Shown here piece by piece: positions 53,148 through 64,000 of a stretch of 64,000 nucleotides of DNA (within the stretch, counting starts at the first letter, position 1; the number at the start of each line of letters is the position of its first letter). Position numbers and translations under genes: made by a program. The DNA comes from the human T2T-CHM13v2.0 reference genome, Homo sapiens. Location: the NCBI RefSeq assembly GCF_009914755.1, contig NC_060944.1; one strand, written 5' to 3'. Under the pieces are notes generated by a model. It was not told where the DNA came from. It saw nothing but the letters and a program-made list of their open reading frames with translations, and searched no databases.

Positions 53148-56071
53148 GCACCTTACCTTGTCTTCCTTCTCTCTTCTGATTTTCCACCAGGGCTCTCACT
53201 GGCAAAATCTACTTGTTTCCAGCAATACAGAGTGGATCTGGGCATGGGCAGAAGATGGGTACAGCAGAAATTTGGCAGTTACTCAGCATGAGCTGCTTTC
53301 TTCACACATGGACACAACCACAAATACCTGCATTTTCTTTTCTCCCCACCAACTTCCAGTCTTTTAGTTTGCTTTGCCCTGTGAAGGCTTGTAGTCTTTT
53401 CTACTCCTCTTGTCAGTCAGGAAAATTACTCTGATAATCCTTGCACAGCAAGGTGGTAGACACATCCCATGCTTGATTTGGGGGGTGGTGGTCTTTGGCC
53501 ACAAATAAATCAGAAGCCCACTATAGCTGACTTAAGCAGAAAAAGAATTTATTAGGGGAAGTGGATGTTCCCATAGGCTACACACAGACAGGAGAGCAAG
53601 GCTTGCGGCACCTCCCCGAGGAGGACACCCAAGGGGCACCATGGCCCCACTGCCATGCAGACACGCTTCTGTGGGAGTGCTAGCCCTGGGCTCCACCCCT
53701 AGATGTCCACTGCTGACTCTCCTGGAAATTGATGTATTTGCCTTTGCTCTTGCATGAGTTCCAAGCACAGAGTTGCATGCTCTGTGCATGAGTTCCAAGC
53801 ACAGCCTGATTCTCTCTGTGGCTGTCATTCAACCCAAAGTCCCAGGAGCGCGAGTCTGGTCTGTGGAGCCCAATCACATGACGTACCTTAGCTGCAAAGA
53901 AAGCTGGAACATGGGATTCAGAACTTAACCTGGGGAGGGAGGGACTCTTAACAAATTCCCCTAATGCAATGACAAGGGATTAACTGTGTTAAACATTGAC
54001 AAATCCTCCATATATACTATATCACCAATTGAGTTAAAAAAATAGGTAAGCTGCTATTTAACATGGAATCTGAGGCTTGCGGGCAGTGGGTGAGGGAGGT
54101 GAGAAGAGATATTTTGGGTCACAAAGGGAGCTTCTGAGGGCTTCTCAATGTCCCCACATGGAAGACATCTTCCTTCACCAGCCCTGGGGTGCTGCCTCTG
54201 TGAAATATCATGGATTTCAACAAACCTTAAGGTCTGGTCTGTGAAACTTCTGTCTGCTAATTTGCAAGTTGGCAGGAAGGAAGCACCTTGGCACTTTTTA
54301 TAATAGGCTTTGGGCAATTATTTGTTTGCCTGTTTCTATTCTTTTAAATTACTTGCATTAAAATAAAATACTATCTTTAAAGCTTCTACATTGGCCCAGA
54401 TCGTCACAGTTTGCAAAGCCACTGCTCTTCTACCATCTCCTTTGACCCTGACAACAGCTTGGCAGTGAGCAGGCTGGGTGTGGCCTCCATTTTGCAGAGG
54501 AGGAAACTGAAGTTCTCAGTGTTGCAGAGGAGGAAACTGAAGGTCTTAGTGTTGCACAGACGACTGTGGCGGAGACAGAACCCAAACCTGACCTTTGCCC
54601 TTCCCAAGTGGCCTTTCCATACCCTTTGAGTTCTGAGAGACAGGGAGTTCACAGAGGTGGCACACGGTAGGTCTCTGACCAGCCACAGCCTGCTGCCTTC
54701 GGGGCAGGTGGCCGTGTGTTCAGAGTTCCTAAAGGCTGGCTGAGGCCAAGGTAGATGGAAGGCATTCTGCCTGCTGCCAGCTGGTCTCCGAGCTCACTGT
54801 GGACAGTGTCCACAGCTCACCTTCTGTCCCTGCACTGGCCCTAGCTCAGGGTAAGTGTGCATTAGATGCTGACTGAATGACCGATGAGCATGTGCTCACA
54901 GAAGGTCAAAAATAGAAGCTTCCCTGAAGGCTGAGGCTCCAGGGACAGCATTTCCTGGCTTTAGAGTGACTTACACTCAAATTAAGAGAAATTCCACATT
55001 GCCTGTGACTTCAGAATCTTCTGTTGTCTGCTGTGGCCTGAGACTTCAGAACCCTCTCTCATATGCTACCTGATGACTTTTCTTAGTCCTTGTCTCTCAA
55101 GAAGAATCAGGCACAAATTTCAGAAATGTCCACAGTGGCAATGCTTGGCGAGCGCAATCTTTCCGTGAGTTTGGCCTGAGCTCCTTTGCCCATCGTTGCT
55201 GACACCAGAGCAACTGCTAAGGGAGGCACCAGGGGCCGAGAGAGGGCGTCCAGAAATGTGGGGCTTAGTAGGAGAGGAAGCACAGAGTCAGATTACAAGT
55301 CAATTCCCAAGAACATCTCTACTTTCGGGCGGGGTGTGTGTCTTTACCGTGAGCCAGGTGGATTCCTGCACGCTTTATTTGAATCATCTCATAAAATGAG
55401 ATAAGAAGGTGAGTAATATTTTAATCTCTATTTTATGGATGAGGAAGCTGAGGCTTAGAGGTTAAGGTCAGGCAGCTTGGAAATGGCAGAGTTTGTATTT
55501 TAACTCAGCTCTGTCTCTTCAGAGTCCTTGCTCCTGCCGCCCCCATGGTGGGCTGAAGTTTACATGTTGGGGTTTTTGCCAGGCAACTCCCTGGACAGCC
55601 TATCACTAAGCCCTCACCTAAAACCACTGACAGTGGTTCTTATTTTGCTTACTGGACAAAAAAAGAAACCGAGTTTCCGATGGATTTGTTTTTTGGGATG
55701 ACACCGGGTAATCTCCCATGACAATGTCAAGGCAGCAGCTCTATACGGATGGGAGGACAGAGACACAGGGAGGAGGTGCCATTTGCTAAGGAAGAACTGG
55801 GGCTCCTGAATCACAAGCCAGGCCTCCATGTCCAACAGTTCAAAGTTTCCCTGGCTTGTGGGAAAGATGAAAACAGCCATAAACCCTGCACACAGCAAAT
55901 CCAGCAGGAAGGCAGTTACCTAAACAAGGGAGCAGGTTCACGAGAAGAGTCAGCGACCACGCCATGTGGCAAACCTCAGCAGCTGGGCCTGTGTGCTCTG
56001 TGAATGCTTTAACTTGTCCTGACTTATTAAGACCCTACACACTGCCCTGGCCTCTTTGTGTTACCTTAAGC

Positions 56072-56293
56072 TAGTGCCTTTCAACTTGGGATGATTTTAC
56101 CCCCAAGAGGACATTTGGAAATGTCTGGAGGCATTTTGGGGGGATGCTACTAGCATCTTGTGGATAGAGACTGACATAAAGAAACATCCTACAATGCACA
56201 TAGTAGCCCCACAACAAGGAATTATCCAGCTCCAAATGTCATTAGTGCTACTGCTCTAATTAGTGCCATTAGCTCAGTGTTAAGGAACACTGA
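56072..56293 (+). mobile_element. MER20 hAT MITE
   Basis: GATTTTACCCCCAAGAGGACATTTGGAAATGTCTGGAG...CATCCTACAATGCACA...CCCCACAACAAGGAATTATCCAG. Confidence 0.85.
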
Positions 56294-57445
56294 GCTAAGC
56301 AGAGCAGATGACACAAGATCAGCCCGCTTACCCACAGACCATGAGTAGGGAAAGAAGGTCCAGCCCAGAGCATAAAAGAAAGCAGCTTGAGGCAGAACTA
56401 CAATGTCCGAGTTATCCCACTGGGCAGATCAGAGGTGTGTTCCTCACTAGGGGAGTATTTTCAGGAGCACAAAAATCATTTATAGCCCAATCACCACGCC
56501 CCATTCTCTATCCTTTCCCAATAAAAGGCACATAAGTTCTTAGTGTCCAGTTTCTTTGACAAAGCCAGAAGCAAAACCTGGATATATTTCAAACTTCTCC
56601 AAGTAAAAATCCCACTGAGTGTGGCGCTCACTGTTGGAGAAGTCATTGTTGTTAGTCACTGTGGGGAGCTGGTCAGAACCATCCCACTGGACAGCTCTAT
56701 GGAGGGATCACTGGCATTGTACTTTGGTGACACAGGCGCTGTCTCCTGGGTCTTAAACAGCTTAAACTTCAGGTCGCCATTTGCAAACTTGGCCCCTAAA
56801 TCTCAGCCTTGGAGATCTTTTCATGCAACTGTAATTCAAATTTTAATAACAAATCTAGATTTTTAAAAATCACAGTGTCAAGCACATGGCCTGTCTGACA
56901 TATAGCAGGTGCTCAATAAATACTTGAATGAATAAATGAATGAGTGATTGAGTGAGTAAATAAAGCCCAGAGATAAAAGGTGACTTTCCCAGGGTCACAC
57001 AGGGAAATAGCAAAGTGGTCCTGCTCTCCCTCCATCTGTTCTCTGGTAGTACTTAATTTGGGGTTGATATTCTTGCAGCACTGACCTCTCTTGTCAGCAG
57101 TAAGTATCTGTAACAGGTGACTTATCTTTCCTGTTAGACTATACACTCCTCAAGGACAGTTGTGTGCTGTAACACCACTTAGGGAACTTAGCCAAGAGCC
57201 TTGCACACAGTAGGAAGTCAATAATGTGTGATCAACAGTGTGTTCCCTCTAATGCTGCACATTTTGGGCCTTTGAGTTGGCGTATAGGGCTTTTAGCATC
57301 TTCCTTCTTTGCGTTGCTGTAAGTTGTCAAGTTTTGCTCTTATCGGTGCTTGCTTAATTTGTGGCTTTCAAATTTGTGTCTTCAAAGTTGGCATAGGCAA
57401 GAAATCAATAAATCAAAACCAAAATTGAGTATGTACACACAAACA

Positions 57446-57446
<1 letters not shown>

Positions 57447-57476
<30 letters not shown>
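57447..57476. repeat. (CA)n microsatellite
   Basis: About 15 CA units. Confidence 0.9.
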
Positions 57477-57480
<4 letters not shown>

Positions 57481-57600
57481 TGATTCTTATTATTCGAGGT
57501 ACTTATGTTCTATACAGTCACTGCAAACACTGAATTAATTAATGCTAGACCATTGTCCTGGAGGAAACACAGGGTTAAATTCCTGCAAGCCTCTGATCCC
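57477..57600 (+). mobile_element. Tigger (Tigger13a-like) fragment
   Basis: GTTGATTCTTATTATTCGAGGTACTTATGTTCTATA...AACACTGAATTA...CAGGGTTAAATTCCTGCAAGCCTCTG, from recalled consensus. Confidence 0.55.
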
Positions 57601-58104
57601 AACACAGACCAATCCAAAGCCAGGGGCAAGGGATGGGGGTGGGGAGCCAGGGTCTGAGTCCTGACCACTTGGTCCAACCCTGTTCTGTCCTCAGACATTC
57701 TAACTTTGTGTGTCAGCAAACCAAGCTAATTGGAGTCACCTTTTTGCCACTTCCATGTGAACGAGTTCTAATTAACTTATTTGTTCAATAAAAAAGTATT
57801 TTATTGTATTCTAGAAATGAAATACAGCTGATACTGCCTTATTTCCAATGACAGAAAATTCTTCGTCTAGTGAAGCACTTTACAGAATACAGCTTTTGTT
57901 AAAACACTTCCCTGACACACAGACATACAGAAACATTCATTAAACACCAGTGGTGGCCCAGGCGCTGAGTGGGCTTTGGAGGTGACAAATGCATATGACA
58001 GTCTAAACCTTCAGTTGGTTTCATGGTTTAAATTCTTTTCAACTTTACAGAAAGTACTCCTTTTAACAGGGGAAAAATAACTTTCTTCTTAGCTTTTTTT
58101 TTCA

Positions 58105-58630
58105 TTTAGCTTTTGTAATAATAATGCTGTGTAAAAAACAACTAAAAAGTCTCAGTGGCATACAAGAGCATGCAGGTGGGCTGGGTGGCTTGGAGGGACT
58201 CAGCTGGGCTCACTCTCAGGTCTGGGGTTGGCTGGGGTTTGGCTGATCTAGACTGGATATGGCTGGGTGGCTCAGCTTCTTGCTCCATGTGTGCAGGTTG
58301 GCTGAGATGGGGTGGCATCAGATTGCGATGCTGGAGTATCTGTTCCACATTATTCTCATACTCCTTATACCAGTGGGCTAGCCAGGCATGTTCTTCTCAT
58401 AGTAATAGTGGAGATGCAGCAAGGCAAAAGGAAATATGTGAGGTCTCCTAAGGCATGGGCTCATTTCCACCTCATTCTGTTGGCTAAAGCAAGTCACATG
58501 GACAAGCCCAAAGTCAAAGGGGCAGGGAAATGATTGCCTCTTTACTGTGAGAGATTGCAAAGTCATGTAGTAAAAGACATGAGCACAGAGAGGGGGAAAG
58601 AATTGGGGTCAATAATGCAATCTTCTACAT
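58105..58630 (-). mobile_element. MLT1G/H-type MaLR LTR
   Basis: AATAATGCTGTGTAAAAAACAAC..AAGTCTCAGTGGCATACAA, TTCTGTTGGCTAAAGCAAGTCACATGG..AAGCCCAAAGTCAAAGGGGCAGGGAAAT. Confidence 0.75.
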
Positions 58631-59198
58631 CATGGCCTTAGGTCCACCTTCTAGAAATCCACTCTAGCTAAACACGAGAAGCAATCACTATCTTAAAGAT
58701 GACTTCTACTTCTGTTTTGGGTTGCTCAGCTGGACTTGGGGATCTCACTGTGGCTTTCTCCCCTCTGGACCTCACTTTTCTCAAATGGGGTGCATGGCAG
58801 GGGCCATCTGTCTTTGGAAGGTCCCAGAAAGCTGGAGTTGGTACCTTAATGATGTGCTCTATTCATGAGCTCCCTGGAGGCAAGGCTCTGTATCATTCCA
58901 AGTTGCACTCTGCAAATTGCTAAGTTCCAGGGAAGCCAATATTAATGGCAATGCATTAGGAATGAGGTTATCTTGAATTTGTGTACTTGTTCCCAAAACT
59001 ACCCTGAGAAACTGTTTGCATTAGGCTAATTTTGTTCATTCCTTTTGTAGGAACATGTTCTGGTAATAGATTCGACAAGCTATGATATTTCCTTTAAAGC
59101 CTTGCTAGAGTAAGATTGATTTCCTCCATGTGAAGTACAACGCATCCCGTCTATTAAACAAATTAAACTACTTAGGTCGACAAGGCTACAAGAAGGAG

Positions 59199-59382
59199 CA
59201 GTGGTGAGCTGATAAATGTTTAACAACCAACTCTCTGGAAGAAAATGTCTTGATTTGTAGTATTTGACAATTTCCATGGTATAAGCACTCCTACGTGGCA
59301 GACTTTAAGCTGCCAATGTGATGATGTCCCAAATGAAGATTCAGAAGAAGTGCACCTGTATGAGCCTGCTCTACCACCCTGC
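59199..59382 (-). mobile_element. hAT-Tip100 MITE (Arthur1-related)
   Basis: CAGTGGTGAGCTGATAAATGTTTAACAACCA...TGATTTGTAGTATTTG..AATTTCCATGGT is antisense-similar to 50490-50578. Confidence 0.6.
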
Positions 59383-60020
59383 TGCCCATGCTGCTGTGCT
59401 GTTGAGATGGATTCTCTTGCTGGGTGTTCTTAGGGGAGAGGACATGGCACTTATGTGCTATGTAGAGTTTCTTAGAAGTTCAAGTCAGCACCGGATCAAT
59501 CAGGGTGAATCCAAAGTGCTTATGGAAAGGACTTTCTCTGGGATGGCACTGTTTAAAAGTAATAATAACACTAGCTACTTTCCCCTCTCCCCCCATGGTA
59601 ACTCCACACCAGGTACTTTTTTCAGTATTTAACATGCATTAACGTAATTACTTCTTACCAAAACTCTATGAGATAGGCTCTATTGGCATGAAGAGTTAAA
59701 TAGTGAGCTTTGGACTACTCTAGTTAAATAGTGAGACTGAGATTTGAACCCAGCTGTTTTGGCTGAGAGTCCATGACTTCAAAGTCATGAAGCTATCCTG
59801 ATACCCACTCAGAACCAGGGGAGTTTAAAATTGGGTCCGATATCCCTACTCACTCCCATATGAACAGCTCCGCCGAACACTTTGCTCTTATCCACATTCT
59901 CCATTTGGCAAATAAATCCTCTGCAAGATGCAGCAACAAGCATCCCCATCCCCACAGCTGAGTGTGTCCCACCTACCTGTGTGATGATGCATACCTGAGG
60001 CCCCAGTCAGAGGCTCCACC

Positions 60021-60690
60021 CAGTGGTGGGCAAGCCCGGCTTTTACTGGTTAAAAGGTGTTTAAAAACATCTTCAGGAATTTTGCAAGCCATTAGTAAAA
60101 ATTAAGTTATAAGAACTTAAAACTAAATCTATCATATTAAAAAATAAAGGACATAAATACCCATCACTCACTACTTCCTAATTATTCTACTGTAATCTGT
60201 GCTCTTGGGGTTATTTATGTCGATGGCATCTGTACAGTGGAAATATCTATGTGATGATGGTCACTGAGCTTCTCTTCCCGACTCCATCACATCAGAAGTT
60301 TGAAATCATCCATGGTGGGACTATTTATATCACGAAAATCAGCAAACGCTGCAAAACAGGTATTGGTTTATTGTTTTGTGGATTGGCTAGACATAAGAAA
60401 ATGTCAATAAAGCACATCAAACGTACAAGTCTGCCATGTCTGTATTTGTTACATTGTAAATAACACAAAACTTAAAGAAATATATTCCCAATATTTTAAA
60501 ACTATGATTCCATTGAGCAAAGAAATCCCTCAGTGATGAACAAATGGATATGCCAATATACAGCTTTGTGTCACTTTTGTCTCACTTGTTGATGCAAACA
60601 AAAATACCAACCAACATTCATGAGGGAAGTATACTCATTTGTCAATTGCAATCACAGTTTGGCTACAAGAGTTAGAGAAAAATCAATGAA
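60021..60690 (+). mobile_element. hAT-Tip100 Arthur1-type fragment
   Basis: CAGTGGTGGG start, TTCAGGAATTTTGCAAGCC, and CCATGGTGGGACTATTTA...AAACGCTGCAAAACAGG shared with the 50155 element. Confidence 0.6.
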
Positions 60691-63589
60691 AGCAACTTTC
60701 ACTTTCAGCCAAGATGAACTAGATTTACCCTGCCACCTGAAACAATGAAAAAAAAAAAAGATAGAATATGAAAACTAGCTCTCAAGGCATTGGACACCAG
60801 GAAAGACTGGAAATAGATAAAGTGAGATCCATTCTTACCCCAGCTTACTGCCTGGAGAAAGTTTCAAGGCAGCAAAACAGAGGAGGAGGTCACTTTGAAG
60901 AATGGGGGATGACTGGAAAGTTGGGAGACAGACGGAGAGTCCGGTTAGACTCCCAGAGTTGAGGAGATGAGGCTGGAAGTCTGGAGAGACCAAAGTGGCC
61001 ATAGCATCACAGCAGAGTATCAGAGAAGAGACAGCTGCTCAGACGGAACACTTCAGAGCTCTTCAGAAGTCCCCCGTATTCAGCTGAGTACTCATCAGCA
61101 TGATAGCTGTGCATTACCTGCTCTTTACCCACCTCCATCAGGTTAAAGCCTGCAGGGTTGTGCATAAATAATTGTTACAGATCAGATTTACGCATCAGTA
61201 GGCACCGCTTTAAATTAATTCACCTGGACAATGAAAGAGCGAGAGTTGATTTATTCACAGCACGTCTGGGATGAAGCATTATTAAGGAGGGCAGATAGAA
61301 TGGCATGCAATGCTTTGCAATGTACCAACAGCTAATGGAACTCTGCAAGTGGCTGTATACATACAGATGCAGGTGTCAGCCTGGGCCAGGCAGCTGGAGC
61401 TACAGTTGCTATGTCCTCGGGATTCAGAGTCATGGGCAAGCTGGAGGGAATTATTATTTCTTCATGGTATAATTTTTTAAAAGCATGTATTGATATGTGT
61501 GGTGATGAAGTTATTGTGCTATTACCAGGCTGGATGGCGGGGTGGGGTGGACAGGAATGGACACCACCACTTGGGTTGGGAACACAGACTTCCAGGGCAG
61601 CAGCATGAGCACGGGAGGGAGAAAGTTAACTTTTCTCATTTACCCAGAGTATCACTCTGGGTGCCTGGATGCTAGAAATTGTGCTTATATAATGCCTGTA
61701 TATGCCAGTCATCAAACTTGCATATAAAGCCACAGAGGTACACAGGATGGGCCTGGGTGTTCCAATGTGGAGAAAATCCTCATCCTACTGGTACTGCTAC
61801 TAAAATTACCTTTCACTTGGGACTATGTGTCAACTGTGCCACATGCTTTTACACACATCATCTCACTTAATAGGGGCTGAGGGTTTCCTCAGATGAAAAT
61901 GCAGGCTCAGTGGTAAAGTTATTTCCCAAGGTCTCCTGAGACCTCCCAGTGATGTTTGGTTTACTCCAAAGCTTGCTTGCATTTTAAACTTTCATATTAC
62001 AAAATGGTGCTTAAGGAACCACACTATAAAACATTATTGTTCACAGAGTGCTTTATTGTTTAATATGTCATCATCTGATCAATCATTTGCATACTCACAA
62101 CCACCCTGTTGCGTAGGTGTCTTTGATCCCATTGCACAGGTGAGGAAACTGAGCTTTGGGTTGGTTGTGCCTCTTGCACATTTGGGGGCACCTGCGATGT
62201 GGCAGAGCCAGAATCAAAACACTGGTGCTTTACCCCAAATCCTAATCTCTTCCCATTCTACCTTAACGAGAAGAGAGTTCTGAAGAGCTTCTCAGTGTGC
62301 TAGAATATATGAAAGATTGGATCGAGTTTGGGCTGGTTTACTCAGAAGTTATTTCAAATCCTCTGCAAGTTTCACAGGGCTGCAGCACCTGGATGGTGGT
62401 TTAACATGGCACTTCTAAAGGACTCACACATTTAGACCTGGATGATTTTCTCTGGCCTCATGCTTAAGAGCTGGGCCTCCAGATTCAGTGGGTCTGGGCT
62501 GCAGTTCTAGCATCACCCCTTATGGGCTTTAGCCATTTACTTAACCTTTATGAGTCTCAGTTTTTCCATCTGTCAATTGGGAATATAATAGAACCCACCT
62601 CATCTGGTTATTGTGAGGTTTAACATGAGATGACCCATGAGATCAAAGTTTTTGTGTAGTCACTATTGTCAAGACTGTTGTTTTGCAGCATGCTCAGGCT
62701 TCAGCAGACTCTGGGGCCAGAGGGCCCCCAGGCAGAGTCACCTGCTCAGGCAGAGTCACCTGCTGCTGTTAGGTGTGCATGAACATGGGGAATGCTGAGG
62801 GAAAGCAGCTGGGGTGCCTGCAGCGGCAGCATCTTCTGCACTGCATCAGATTTTGTGGGGGATGGGGGCGTATTCTAAGAGATGTGTGAATGCCACTAAG
62901 AATTCTAAAAAGTTCTGGAGAGGGAAAATCTGGAGAAAGGTTAGATTTTCTGCAGAGCTAGCAAGCATGGGCCTGAAGTCATTGTAACATGGGGCATTAA
63001 CACCAATGCATCCTAACCATACTCATGGAGGTTTGATCCTGCAACAAGTGGATGGCCATCCATGAGGTTGTGCTGTGTACAGAGGAGGGGCGCTCCCCTC
63101 TCTTGGTCCACATAATGCCATAGATGTTCTCCACACTGGTCAATACCCTCTGCATTTCTTCTTCCTCTGCCACTCTCTCACCCGAGCACACCAGGCTTCA
63201 TTATTGTAAGGAGTGAGATGATTCCATTAACATTTATGTAGAGAAGTTTGCAGCTCTGAGATGTTTAAAAACCTGAGTAGGGAATCCCAACTATTTTAAC
63301 TCAAATATAATAAGGTTTTAGGTATTAAAAATATGATTTCAACACTGTTGATTTTAATTGGCCTCATACACCTACACAAACACTTGGCAGACATTTAGGA
63401 TCTGCCGTGGAGCACCGTGCATCATCACATAACGCTCTGGGAACTAGGGTCCCTGAGTCCTGATTGTGGTGATGCTTCATTCCCTGGGTATCCTTGGGAA
63501 GAACACATTTCTAAATTTAGGCCTCTGAACCTAGTTACAAGGAGGGGCTTGGGAGCACCTGTTGTTCAATGCCCATATCTTTCTTAATT

Positions 63590-64000
63590 TTTAAATTTTA
63601 AATGTAAATAAATGCAAAATAATTTTTACAATAAGAAGAAAGACAAATGCATGAGATCCTATATGCACCACCCAGATTCAGAATTGGAAAATTACCATTT
63701 CCACGGCAGCCCCTGTGGGCCTCCACTCCTTGATGTGATCCCCGGGATCTACTTCCACCCAGAGTTAACTACTGTCTTGGACTTTGTGTTTATTGTGATC
63801 TTGCTTTTATTTATAGTTTGCTTACATATGTATGTGTTCCTCATTACCATGTTCAGTTCTGTTCAGTTTGGTGCCAATGCATCCTAACCATACCCCTGGA
63901 GGGCTGACTGTAATAGGTGGAATAGCGTCTATGAGGTCGTGCTGTGTACAGAGGAGGGCCATGCTTTCTAACTTTAACATTTGATTCATACCCTACTTCG
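63590..64000 (-). mobile_element. Old L1M 3' fragment (interrupted at 63871-63958)
   Basis: CACCACCCAGATTCAGAA, CACCCAGAGTTAACTACTGTCTTGGACTTTGTGTTTA and CATGCTTTCTAACTTTA are antisense L1ME motifs. Confidence 0.6.

Noticed and set aside
54492-54556. CRISPR-like direct repeats
   Set aside because: Eukaryotic DNA, only two units, no unique spacers, and MIR-derived.

Overview
Human-like (primate) non-coding genomic DNA, either intergenic or deep intronic. I can support no protein-coding exon, RNA gene or CpG island. Every ORF with recognisable homology is a transposable-element relic. About half of the window is interspersed repeats. These include a full-length dead L1PB nested in an older L1M, a complete LTR-internal-LTR THE1C element, a near-full-length Charlie3 hAT transposon with a MER1B derivative nearby, an ERVL integrase fossil, about 10 Alus, and many MaLR LTRs, L2, MIR and DNA-transposon MITEs. 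The youngest element is an L1HS carrying the pre-Ta ACG/A signature (43372-44981), with a clear twin-priming 5' inversion and a 17-bp TSD. It identifies the DNA as human and may be polymorphic. The signals not explained by repeat annotation are two dispersed short duplications that look like locally templated insertions (51066/51696 and 63003/63874), a nested L1/Alu inverted-repeat arrangement completed by the human-specific L1, and a few motif-dense unique islands that could be enhancers. I found no convincing evidence of a new biological system. Subfamily names come from recalled consensus features, not from an alignment run.
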